Below are positions 13,636 to 25,689 of a stretch of DNA of 64,000 nucleotides, piece after piece. The stretch is from Eledone cirrhosa. Its lineage: Eukaryota. Where the stretch lies: assembly GCA_964016885.1 (NCBI GenBank), contig OZ024743.1, positions 216,752,001 through 216,816,000 of the forward strand, given 5' to 3'. The notes below the pieces were generated by a model. That model ran no database searches. It had not been told where the DNA came from and saw nothing but the letters and a program-made list of their open reading frames with translations. The translations under genes and the position numbers were made by a program. Each line of letters starts with the position of its first letter. The stretch's first letter is position 1.

Positions 13636-16354
13636 CACTAATAGTGATTTCAAAATCAAGTGATATCACACTACACCGGGGCAGTACGAATTGAACCATT
13701 CCAACCGGCCTTCTGTTTACTCCCAGAAACCAACTATATTTTCACGTATCACAGTTGACTCGTTAGATATAGAGCGGAGTCGAGCAAATACCAACGGAAC
13801 AATAGCAGTTATCAATAACATTAACAAATTATATAGATTCCATCTACAGTTTCCTATTCTGTGGATTAGATTATTATTTACGCAAAGTTATTGAAATCTA
13901 ACATTTCAGTTGATGATATTTTGTTATTCCGAGCACACAGACAAGATAAAAAAGAAAAAAACTTTGTAATGATTCGAACACACGCGCCATATATAGTTCT
14001 AGAATTCCCTCACCATATAGTCTGATTCTAGTCAGATGATTTATTATTGAACCAGCGGCTTACTATTCTTGGATAGGCAAATAGTAAAAATTAGCTACCG
14101 GAAATTCAATGGCAAACGTCCAGATTTAATAAAAATCTTCGCCAACATGCCGCTTAGTTATTCTGCAACAATTTCTCTTTCAACACCTATAGCATTACAA
14201 CTGGCATCATCATCAAGTCAACATCTAAAATAGACGAACGATGCTTCTATATATCATGTGTTGAAAATAGAGCAAAATTAAAAGCAAATATCTCAATTAA
14301 TTAGATTGAAACAACACTATAAATGTCACGTGGTTTAAACAATACCTCTTTTATTAAAGGGGCAGCCATGTTTATGTACACTGTGGGTCGGGTGGCATGT
14401 TTTTATTCGGTCAAAGTGTTGAATCAGTTTACACACATTGGAAGGCCTAATATTACGTTTATCCTCAGAGAAAAATGCTGGAGGAGGGTATTTTATTTAT
14501 TAAATGTTATTATTAATATTATTTACGAATGCGCGTTGTACTAGAAGTTGTAACAGAAGACGAGATTTGATAATAACTGGAGTGGTGGTTGCGGGGGATG
14601 TGACGGTGGTGGTGGAATTGGTTGTGGATGTGTTGGTGACAGTGGTGTAACTGTCCTCGTCATGATGGTTGAAATGGGCGTTGTATTTTTAAATGTATGT
14701 GGAGATTATAGTTGATATTTGTATGAGCAGTGATGGTATCAGAGGTGGTGGTGACAGTCGTATTGGAGTTGAGGGTTTTCTGTGAAACATTAATAGCAAT
14801 GATTGTATTGTCGAATGTGTGTCGTTTATGTTTATGAGGATTGAGATGGTATTTTTTAGTGATGTTTCATCGTTGTTGATTTGTAACCGACCTCAGCCCT
14901 ATTTCAGAAACTCTATGGTCAAAGGCTTTTTAGTCATAAATATACTATATTTTTTTAAATCATACATTATCTATGTTTACATTTTTAAGGAGGAAAAAGG
15001 AAATTTCGGATGAATTATACTTTTGCGATTTTCGAGAATACGTTGTTTTCGTGTTCGTGTTGGTAACATTGGTGATGAGTAGGATTGTTAGGTCATCGGG
15101 AAAATGCTTTGAGATATTTAGTTACAGATCTTCATGTTCGGATTTCAAATCTTACCATGGTCACCTTTGCATTTCCTCCTTCCAGGATCGGTCAGATAAA
15201 GTACCAGCTTATTACTGGGGTCGATATAGTCGACTTTCACCTCCCCACTTCCAGTTGCTGGTTTTTCCCCAACGTTACAATTAATTATTACTGCTACCCT
15301 TTAATGTTATGTCACATGTTGTGGATGAAACCTATCACTAAAGTCAATTCCAATATGATTGCACAAAATTGGATGATGGAAACTTTTTAGCAAATCGAAT
15401 GAACGCATGAAGAGTCTTCCTCATCGCATTTCATCAGTTCAGGTGATCGTGTTGATGTTGGTGGTAGTTGTTCAAGTTATGAAGGTTGTATCCAGGATCA
15501 TATACTTTATTTTGATTGGTTTGTTCCGAAGAAATAAGGTTGTGTCCATGACCTTTCCATTTCTTGTATACGAATCAGATAAACAAGCGCAGAAATGAAT
15601 TCAAAGCGATCGACTTTTTATATAGGAAAAACAATCTTAGAAGTCAGTGCTAAAAGTGGTGGTATCGACACAATAAAGATGAGTTACGTTAGTCGTCGGA
15701 GTCGGACGAATCAATAGGTGCAGAGACGATTATGATCTGTTAGAAGTTGAGTTAGGAATTTAGAAAAAGATCGAAGATATTTGAAGTATGCGTATGTTCG
15801 TTATGCATGAACATTCAAACATATTTATTGTGTCATTCATAAATCACATGTATAAATTTTGTATATAAATTACACATATTTTTTTCGATCATTTTAAGGC
15901 GACACTAGAAGCAGTAATAAAAGCAATAACATAAAACAACACACAGCATGCATCGGCCCTAACCAGAAACCCAAAGCTACAATATACTACACAAATTCCA
16001 AATTAAAAAAGAATCAAGTTATAACGACAGTTAGGTAGATTGCAGAGCTACTGCAATTGATCAACAATGTAATATATAAATTTCAAGGTAAACATTAAAA
16101 TTGCACATATCATAACGTCGGTCAAACAAGCACCGAACTTTCTCATCGGTTAATCTTATACGTATAACAAGGAGACATCACATAATATTTCCATAAAATG
16201 CATACAAATAATAATTAAATTGGACTACATTAGTTGGTAACACTACAATTCTATGTAAAATTGAACAATATACATGATGACAAACTAGGTGTCTTTTCTG
16301 GTGTCAGAATTTAAAACAAAAGTCGACACATAGATAAAGTATGCACAGAACAAA

Positions 16355-16545
16355 TAATTCTTTCTACGTTAGGCACAAGGCCAGAAATTAACCAGTGCAT
16401 TACTGGTACTTTTATTTTATCGACCCCGCAAGGATGAAGGGCAAAGTTAACCTTGGCGGGATTTGAACTCACAATGGCAAGGGCCGTAACTCTATACGTC
16501 AAAGCATGGCGTCCGACCCTCTACCAATACTGCCAATCCACCGCA
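16355..16545 (-). mobile_element. tRNA-derived SINE copy
   Basis: Reverse complement of the 23228-23425 consensus (A-box TGGCAGTATTGG, B-box GTTCAAATCC). Confidence 0.85.
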
Positions 16546-16794
16546 CAAATAATGATAACTGTCGTTGTTCAACAGTTGAGAACTACATATATAGATTCCA
16601 GGATTTCATACAACTCCCGCGATAGTTTACGATCGGCGATTAATTCGCAACTGGTACAAACATTATGATTCTAAAGATGAAGCCGTAAAGATTTCTAAGT
16701 ACACGTTTACGAGAGCTATGTTTCAAACAGAGAGTAAAGTACTGAGAAAATTATTGAACTAAAGTCATTAGAGTTTTAAATATAATTTATACAA

Positions 16795-16802
16795 ACACAC
16801 AT

Positions 16803-16889
<87 letters not shown>

Positions 16890-16917
16890 CACACAGAGAC
16901 ACACATGCACACACAAA

Positions 16918-16978
<61 letters not shown>
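16795..16978. repeat. (CA)n and (TA)n microsatellites
   Basis: Directly visible. Confidence 0.95.
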
Positions 16979-16980
<2 letters not shown>

Positions 16981-18002
16981 TTTTCTTAAAGGTGTATGTT
17001 TTGCTGATCAGGTATTTTATGGCAGCTCCTGGCTTTTCTACCTCTTTAATCTTTAGGTGGGTCTTTCTTAGGGCCTTTCCACAATGGTTAGCTAATTTCC
17101 CTCCAGAGGTAGCATCCATGAACTTGACACTCTGGTATCTCAGGGTTGTCATGCCATGAAGTGGTTTTCCCTATCTTATGTTTAGTCCTATCTAAGCTAT
17201 TCCATGATTTGCTCCTATACGAATAAGAAATGTGTTTTATGTAGAATAAACACTTAAATTGTAAAGTTAGAAATGTAGTCTCTAGCATAATTACAGAGGG
17301 TACTTACAGAAACATGACAACGACATACATAGGTGAGACAGCTCGAAGCATAGGATATAGATATAGCAAAACTGGGGGGGAACCAAAAGGACAAGAAGAC
17401 GGTTCAGTACTATATGAACACGCCAACAGGTAGACAGAACAGAGAAGCACTGAAATAGAACTAAGAAAAGTTGAACAGAGAAAACGAATGGAATAACAAC
17501 ATCAACCATACCGAAACACACAATAATGACCTAAGGTAAATATAAATAATTAACTAAATATATACACAAGTACAATGACAACAAGCACACATAAACACAC
17601 ATAAACACACATTAATGAACAAAGATAGAATAAAAAAACACATACACTCAAACACAAACGCACACACCAAACAGGAAGCACATACGCAAACGCATGCCCA
17701 AACAGAGACAGAGACAAGAATAAATAAATATATAAATTAAATAGAAATGGCGTGGACGTTACAATACAAGGGGAGGAAACATAACAGTACCACTGATGAT
17801 GTCACAGATGTGTGGCGAAAGAACTTACATAGACCATATATATATATATATATATTTATATCTGTATTTTTAACCGTTGGTCAAGCAATGATAAACATTG
17901 ATAAACAAGATGCAGAAGCGGAAAACCAATCCAAACCAAACAGTGAGAGCGTTTTATTATTATTTCTGGCAATATTATAACAATATGACCCTCCCGAAAT
18001 AT

Positions 18003-18062
<60 letters not shown>

Positions 18063-18772
18063 GGAAAAAATGAAACGATATTTCATTTCCCACTCTTAGT
18101 ACGGCTGTTACTTAAATATAAGTATGTACACGTACATACATATATGTATACCGACGTACAGTAGTATGTATATATATATATAAATACATGCACACATATA
18201 TATATGCACGTATGGATTCACCGAACATTTATTATAATGCTCGGTGTGTTTGTAAACAAACATCCCGTATTAAGCCGTAGTGTCTAGCAACCACCGTTGC
18301 TCGTTTGTTCAACACTGACATAAGGAACGCTGTACTAGTTTCAAGCTTGTTAGCTATCGATAGCTAACAAGCTTGAAACTAGTACAGCGTTCCTTTGTCA
18401 GTGTTGAACAAACGAGCAACGGTGGTTGCTAGACACTACGGCTTAATACGGGATGTTTGTTTACAAACACACCGAGCATTATAATAAATGTTCGGTGAAT
18501 CCATACGTGCATATATATATGTGTGCATGTATGTATATATATATATATACATACTACTGTACGTCGGTATACATATATGTATGTACGTGTACATACTTAT
18601 ATTTAAGTAACAGCCGCACTAAGAGTGGGAAATGAAATATCGTTTCATTTTTTCAGTTTATCGTTTTCGGTGCACCCGGCCGATTAACCCACTCGATATG
18701 CAAATTGGGCTACTCAGCCGTTAATATGCATAAGGTAAGTATATACGTTCAACAATCTGGCAGGAAGGTATA

Positions 18773-18813
18773 CGTTGCTGACGATAGCTAACAAGCTTGA
18801 AACTAGTACAGCG
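18773..18813 (+). ncRNA. Minimal type I hammerhead ribozyme
   Basis: CGTTG-CTGACGA-T-AGC-TAACAA-GCT-T-GAAAC-TA-GTA/CAGCG. Stem I CGTTG/CAGCG; palindromic ACTAGT stem III; predicted cleavage after 18808. Confidence 0.85.
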
Positions 18814-19192
18814 TTCCTTTGACAGTATTGAACAAACGATCAGCGGTGGTTGCTAGACACTACGGCTTAACACGCGATGTTTGTTTACAAACACACCGAG
18901 CATTATAATAAATGTTCGGTGAATCCATACGTGCATATATATATGTGTGCATGTATGTATATATATATACATACTACTGTACGTCGGTATACATATATGT
19001 ATGTACGTGTACATACTTATATTTAAGTAACAGCCGTACTAAGAGTGGGAAATGAAATATCGTTTCATTTTTTCCGTTTATCGTTTTCGGTGCACCCGGC
19101 CGATTAACCCGCTCGATATGAAAATTGGGCTACTCAGCCGTTAATATGCATAAGGTAAGTATATACGTTCAACAATCTGGCAGGAAGGTATA

Positions 19193-19233
19193 CGTTGCTG
19201 ACGATAGCTAACAAGCTTGAAACTAGTACAGCG
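19193..19233 (+). ncRNA. Minimal type I hammerhead ribozyme (second array copy)
   Basis: Identical to 18773-18813, offset by 420 nt. Confidence 0.85.
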
Positions 19234-19439
19234 TTCCTTTGTCAGTGTTGAACAAACGAGCAACGGTGGTTGCTAGACACTACGGCTTAATACGGGATGT
19301 TTGTTTACAAACACACCGAGCATTATAATAAATGTTCGGTGAATCCATACGTGCATATATATATGTGTGCATGTATGTATATATATATATATACATACTA
19401 CTGTACGTCGGTATACATATATGTATGTACGTGTACATA

Positions 19440-19492
<53 letters not shown>

Positions 19493-19495
<3 letters not shown>

Positions 19496-20106
19496 AGTTA
19501 ATATAAATTAATATATGATAAACACCTAAGTGTTTGTATTGTAAAAGACGAAGTTAGCTAGAATGAAGTAAACTAATTCAAATAAACATAGCCTGCCTGT
19601 ATCGATTTAAAATAATAAATCAATATACATGTTACTGCTCCTTCGGTAGAGCTAATTTTTAATCCCATATAAACGGCTGTTATTTTTAGCGTCATGAATA
19701 TGAGATAACTAGAGAGCTGGAAAAACCGAGTGCAAAACCTCGTGCGTTTTGTGCTCGTAAACCAGACCTTCAAAAATGTTTTCGAGGTGAAGTAACCTAA
19801 TTTGTCTGGGTACCTGTTGATAAGCACAGAAAATGTATTATTTCTCTTTTTATACCATCGTTTGCGAAACTTGTTTGGATTTTGAAGTTCAGATTGATCT
19901 GCGGAAAAGGTTTCAATTTTGAAATGTAAATTTATCCAGGTGCCACGGCTATTTGCCAATATGAGTTTGTGTATATTGATTTATTATTTTAAATCGATAC
20001 AGGCAGGCTATGTTTATTTGAATTAGTTTATTTCATTCTAGCTAACTTCGTCTTTTACAATACAAACACTTAGGTGTTTATCATATATTAATTTATATTA
20101 ACTTGT
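19493..20106. repeat. ~135-bp inverted repeat pair flanking a ~340-bp spacer
   Basis: 19493-19628 (ACAAGTTAATATAAATT...TCAATATAC) is the reverse complement of ~19971-20106. Confidence 0.85.
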
Positions 20107-20183
20107 ATTTCACGGGTCAGAAATGCTTCTTTCTTTGAGATAATTAATTGTAAATGACTGTTTCAGTTTAAACTCTAAATATA

Positions 20184-20268
<85 letters not shown>

Positions 20269-20289
20269 TATAATATATATATATTATAT

Positions 20290-20960
20290 ATATACAAATA
20301 TAATTTCAGCGAAATCGTATTTCGGCGGTAGCCCAAAACAAAGCGAAACACAATTTTCGAGATACGCGGCAAGCACTCAATGGACTAAAGCAGACCAGAG
20401 CAATTATCATACGTTATAGAGGCCAGACAAAATGAAAACGGTGGTCGTGAAGCCATTAGCCACCGGAGCCACCCGCGGTGGTAGGGTCCGTACCGTAGAT
20501 AGAACTCAATGTAATGCGATGGGGAGTAATCCAGTGAAATCCATGCATATGCTCCGTGAACCGCTGAGTTAATTCCTTAGATACAGAGTCAGATATGAGG
20601 TATTAAATTAACAATGGAAATAAAAATAACAATGTCAAGTTACTTTACCTATTCATATCATTGTTTTACTATCGCTTCGGAGGTACGATCGTATTGACAT
20701 ATTGTCTGGTCTATAGCGGTTATATAACTGTATACAATCAGACCTTATATATAAGTTAGATCAGACCCTCTTCCTCCAAAGAAGACGGTCTGATCGAACC
20801 TATATATGAGGTCTGATACTACATAGTATTTATAACTGCTATAGATCAGAGAATATGCGAATATGATCGACGCTCCGAAACGATCGTAAAACAAGGATAA
20901 GAATAGGTAATATAATCGACTTGGTTGTTTTTATTTTCATTGTTAATTTAATACCTTATA
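20290..20960 (-). mobile_element. PLE pLTR relic with foldback (palindrome 20594-20960)
   Basis: Shares AGAACTCAATGTA and ATACAGAGTCA with the Naiad pLTR (44586-44671). The palindrome's right arm contains GAAGACGG (20781) ... CCGAAACGATCGTA (20875-20888). Confidence 0.7.
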
Positions 20961-20977
20961 TATATATATATATATAT

Positions 20978-21400
20978 AGTATAAAAGAGAAAACACAGGT
21001 AAGCATTAAGAGAAGGATTTAATCCAGGTATTTACGACCGTTTCATTGGTAAGTGCAACCTTATATTGCTATACTGCAAATAGCAGCCACTCAATTATAA
21101 TTGTTGTTCACAGTCCAAATTTTCATAGACTCAAAGAGAAATTTTCGCACTACAAATCGAACCCCTAACCTCTTACAACCAACTGACAAACTGCATATAC
21201 ATAGACTTTATGCCCTCTTATATCTAGACCCTTTAATTACCCACAAAACCAATACATATATCCCCCCTTCTCCCTCATTCCTCTTCTATTACTTCGTTTT
21301 CTTCTTTCCTTCCCCCTTCTTGGCTATCTTTTCTTTTCTTCTTTCTCACCCCCTTCTTTGCTTTTATTTTTGTCATTATTATCTTTATTTTTATTTTTTT

Positions 21401-21461
<61 letters not shown>

Positions 21462-22099
21462 CTGTGTGTATGTGTATGTATATGTATATATGTGTATATA
21501 TATATATATATGTGTATATATATATATATATATATTTATCTCTTTATATCCCCCCACTCTCTCTCTCTCTCTCTCCCTCTCTATCCATCCCTCCCACTAT
21601 TATCTATTTAATTCTCTTTAACTCACTACACTCCACGACATGATGTCTGCTATCAAAACTGACCAAAGAATCCTTCCACCTCTACCCCTACCTCCACCTC
21701 AGTTTGTCATTCTACTTCCTACCTCTCCCCCTTCCTCTCTCTCTATACTATGCCGTCTGTCCCCTCACCTCCTGATTCCTCTCTCTATATACTAGTAAAT
21801 ACAATTCCAAATAAATGTTTTTCTCTATATATTAAGAATTATTTCAAGAGTAACTCACTATTTTGAAAATTTGCAGTATAGCAATATAAGGTTGCACTTA
21901 CCAATGAAACGGTCGTAAATACCTGGATTAAATCCTACTCTTAATGCTTACCTGTGTTTTCTCTTTTATACTTTATACTCCAAGATTGAACGGAATTCTT
22001 ACAAACTTGTGGAGTTACCCCTAACCGTACGTTGAAACCATCCATGAAACTGGCTTTCTTAACAAAAAACTGGATCACAATAAGCAAATTTTTGCTTCT

Positions 22100-22100
<1 letters not shown>
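20978..22100 (+). mobile_element. Non-autonomous PLE-like element with ~100-bp inverted repeat (20978-21080 / 21870-21972) and HHR
   Basis: Inverted repeat visible directly; HHR at 21859-21921 and bulged hairpin at 21977-22015; (TA)n flanks. Confidence 0.65.
21859..21921 (+). ncRNA. Hammerhead motif, U3-A8 variant
   Basis: TATT-TTGAAAA-T-TTG...CAA-T-GAAAC-GGTC-GTA/AATA; stems are short. Confidence 0.5.
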
Positions 22101-22147
<47 letters not shown>

Positions 22148-22270
22148 GCATACAAATATATATATATACATGCATACATATGAATATATATAAATGTGAA
22201 TATATATATATGTATATATGTGAATATATATATATATATCTGTGAATATATATATATATATATATATATA

Positions 22271-22670
22271 TAGTATAAATAAACGAAAAATCAGTGATGC
22301 ATCTCCACTCATATTATTGCGTGTTACAATTGTTTCGCCGGCAGGTAGCTCGAGATATGATCACTGTATGGATCTGGGTGATTCTACGGCTGCAGGTTCC
22401 TTCGGACACGGGCAGTTCGTTCGGAGCAAATTTTCTCCCAACGAACTGCCCGTGTCCGAAGGAAACTGCAGCCGTAGAATCAGCCAGATATATACAGTGA
22501 TCATGTCTCGAGCTACCTGCCGGCGAAACAATTGTAAGACGCAATAAACTGAGTCCTAATGCATCACTGATTTTTCGTTTTTTTATACTATCCACACTCT
22601 GCTCTGTATGAATATTGAATGCTAATTTTGGCATAACGCCTATGGAAGCATCATAGCTAGCATTATACAC
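22271..22670 (+). mobile_element. Foldback element (palindrome 22271-22590, ~155-bp arms) built from two inverted HHR-like motifs plus a pLTR-like tail
   Basis: Each arm reads CGTGT-CCGAAGG...GCCG...CGGC-GAAAC-AATT-GTA/A(C/G)ACG (minus 22320-22410, plus 22451-22541). Confidence 0.65.
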
Positions 22671-22704
22671 ACGTATATATATATATACGTGTGTATATAT
22701 ATAT

Positions 22705-22897
22705 ATAACGAAGGAAATGTGGTAAGGAACCAGGTGGACCAAAACGCACCAAAGTACTCAATACTTAGGGTAGTAGAGTGGGTAATAGGAACGAGCAGGA
22801 CCCCGACGGCTGAGCTCAAGCCGTATCGACGGCTAATTCTGGACTGAATTAGCCGTCGAAACGGCTTGAGCCCAGCCGTCGGGGTCCTACTCGTTCC

Positions 22898-22900
<3 letters not shown>
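22705..22900 (-). mobile_element. pLTR-like tail plus near-perfect ~55-bp-arm hairpin (22785-22900)
   Basis: ATAGGAACGAG...GGCTAATTC / GAATTAGCC...CTCGTTCCTAT. Contains GAAACGGCT-tgagccc-AGCCGTC (HHR stem III + GTC). The tail has ACTC-TACT...AGTA-TT-GAGT. Confidence 0.6.
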
Positions 22901-22928
<28 letters not shown>

Positions 22929-23029
22929 GTGTGTGTGTGTGTGCTTGCGGTTATTGTTAAATTCCTGTTGGTAGTGACAGTTGGAGTGTTGGCATTCAAT
23001 TATTTTGCGATGCCATAAGTATGTTGTCC

Positions 23030-23425
23030 TATAGTTGGCAGTATCGGTAGAGGGTCGGACGCCATGCTTTCCAGCATAGTTACGTCCCTTTACGATCTGA
23101 GTTCAAATCCCGCCGAGGTTGACTTTACCTTTCATCCTTACGGGGTCGATAAAATAAAGTACCAGTAATGCACTGGATAATTGCTGGCCTTGTGCCTAAA
23201 GTCGAAACAATTATTATTGCTTGCTGTGAAGGCGGTGAATTGGCAGTATCGGTAGAGGGTTGGACGCCATGCTTTCTAACATAGTTACGTCCTTTTACGG
23301 TCTGAGTTCAAATCCCGCCAAGGCTAAATTTGCCTTTCATCCTTACGGGGTCGATAAAACAAAGTACCAGTAATGTACTGGATAATTGCTGGCCTTGTGC
23401 CTAAAGTAGAAACAATTATTATTGC
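23030..23425 (+). mobile_element. Two tandem tRNA-derived SINEs (23030-23220, 23228-23425), Meta-domain-like
   Basis: Pol III A-box TGGCAGTATCGG, B-box GAGTTCAAATCC, central GCCTTTCATCCTTACGGGGTCGATAAAA-AAAGTACCAG and an (ATT)n tail. Confidence 0.85.
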
Positions 23426-23889
23426 TTGCTGAATCTGTGAGTAGCTTTGTAAAATGTCTAATAATATGAAAGTCTAGCTGATTGTGTTGACAATAGTTTT
23501 GGTACTATTGGTGATAGCAGAAGCATACGTGAAGTAAGTTTTCATTTGGTGGATTTGCTGTTGGTGATCGTGACGGTCGTCCTTAGTGGCAGTGCTGGTG
23601 TTGGCAATGCTTGTGGAGGTAATCATAGTGGGTGGTTTTGGAATATAGATGGAAACCATCGCATGGATAAGAATAAAAATATCATTACCATGACGCAGAG
23701 CACCAGTTTATTTTCTGGTTAATATTTGGTGGTGAGCCATTGAGTCTAAACTGTCAGACTTAGTGGCCAGAATTCAGCAAATACAAAAACTTGCATAATA
23801 ACATGTATGCATGTGTGAGTAAGAGTGCTGGTGTGTGTGTGCATATATGTGTATCGGTACACAAACGCACACACTCACTAGCATATATA

Positions 23890-24597
23890 CGAGGTGTGTC
23901 AGAAAAGAAATAAGACTTAGTGTGCTGTGTGAGTGGGGTAGAAATTAGCACATTCCGTCAACGTGTGACATGATATCCGGGAAGCCCATCATTCTACAGC
24001 CGTTGTATGTTTATTTTATGGGCTTTATTTAACAGCTCCTCAATTTTACGCCGCCGAGTGATGGACACAGATCAACGACCAAAACTGAAGCCTCTTTTCC
24101 AGCTGAAAAAGATCTCCGTCACAAATAAATGGAAAACTGTAGTAAGTATACGGAGATGCGTCTATGCCGGACTCATGGATTTTCGAGTAGCACAAAGAGA
24201 GAGGCAAGGACGTGGACACTGACTTAGGAGTAAAATGCCTTAAATGAGCAGGACTGAGGCCAAGGTTGAACAAGTGAGGCAGGTGGTGCATGGCGATCAT
24301 CGGCTGAGTGTTCGACTGATCGCAAGTTACCTGGGCATAAAGCGCGACAACGTTTCCAAGATTATCACCGATAATTTGGGCATACGGAAGATCTGCGTGA
24401 ATATAATGCCGTGGCAACCGAGCTGCAGAGAGTCCCGGGAGAATCCTTCCAGAAATGCACGTAAGGATGGCGAAGAATCGTAGATAATTGCGTTAGACTG
24501 GGGGGGGGGCGGTTAATTTAAAGGGTAGAACGTGGAGTTTGTAGTTAAAATTTGAATATTTTTTGACGACCCCAGTCATGTTTTCTAAGTCACCTCC
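23890..24597 (+). mobile_element. Internally deleted Tc1/mariner DNA transposon
   Basis: TA-CGAGGTGTGTCAGAAAAG... / ...TTTTCTAAGTCACCTCC-TA imperfect TIRs with TA flanks. ORF 24244-24483 (DHRLSVRLIASYLGI...IITDNLGIRKICVNIMP) resembles the mariner HTH and WVP linker; the catalytic domain is missing. Confidence 0.8.
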
Positions 24598-24695
24598 TAT
24601 ATAAGTTTACACTCACACGTATACACACATACATATACACACACACACTATTAAACATATATATATATATATATATTTAAATATATATATATATT

Positions 24696-24746
<51 letters not shown>

Positions 24747-24901
24747 ATATTTATATATATACATGCTTAAACCCTTGGTAGGGGTAAATAATCATGTCCA
24801 TGCCACCCATGTGTGAGAGGCGGATAAGGTGTCTTGAACAAATACTATCATTTGGTCACATTCCATGGGAGTATCTTAGTCAGCCTACGTATTTTTCGTG
24901 G

Positions 24902-24958
<57 letters not shown>

Positions 24959-25689
24959 TGTTTGTGTGCGCGTGTATGCGATAAACAACTTGTACATTGA
25001 TTGTAGCACATATCCAAATAGATGCATGTTTTGATAGTTTGGGAAGAAAAATATAATTATGTCCACCACCCATGCATATATATATATATAATGTGAAAGA
25101 ATATAATGCTCTGTAACCTTTCCTAAGGGGTTGAATGTCGAGCTTCTTTGCATTTGGTAAAAAACAGGTATTATACCCACTTTATTCATCACCTATATAT
25201 ATATATTGTCTAACCTGATTAATTTTTTCGTTAATTTGGTATTATGTGGCTAAGTTTACCTGCCGAAATTTTCAATTTGTCAAGCTGTCTACAACCTTAT
25301 CGAGTGGTTTGCTGCACATTCCTAATTGTATGTCGTTAGCTTGGCCACAGCCAAAACTTTGAATTTACTAAACTTCCACTTGTACATATATATATAAATA
25401 TATATATATTGATTTGTTAAATCTAATAGTTACGCTAAATTTCTCCTGCGCACTCACAGTCACCAATCATGCCTGATGATCTTGTAAGTATGCCGGTGAA
25501 ACTCCAGACTAACAAGGCGCATAATTAATGAATATTTAAATTTTACTTTTGTATTGAGTTTTCATTCTTACGTCCGTCATTAATTCACGTACACTCAGGT
25601 CTATTTATTATATTTTACATTTAAAAAAATATATATACAACAAAAAAAGAGAACATTACAAGAAATCGCATATTTACGAACGTATGTAA

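Larger units (their letters stand above)
18058..19445 (+). mobile_element. Retrozyme-like tandem array (~420-424 bp unit, ~2.6 units) with a 5' inverted 300-bp arm
   Basis: CGATAGCTAACAAGCTTGAAACTAG recurs at 18358, 18782 and 19202. 18058-18357 is the reverse complement of 18358-18660. Each full junction carries a hammerhead. Flanked by (TA)n. Confidence 0.8.

Noticed and set aside
18058-19445. CRISPR-like or plain satellite interpretation of the tandem repeats
   Set aside because: Eukaryotic context, no repeat-spacer structure and no cas genes; the embedded hammerheads explain the arrays better.
23030-23425. tRNA genes suggested by A/B boxes
   Set aside because: No cloverleaf; the boxes belong to multi-copy SINE heads.
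25470-25512. CTGATGA...GAAACTCCAGAC HHR relic
   Set aside because: Stem II is poorly paired and there is no NUH triplet; used only as weak support for the downstream hairpin.
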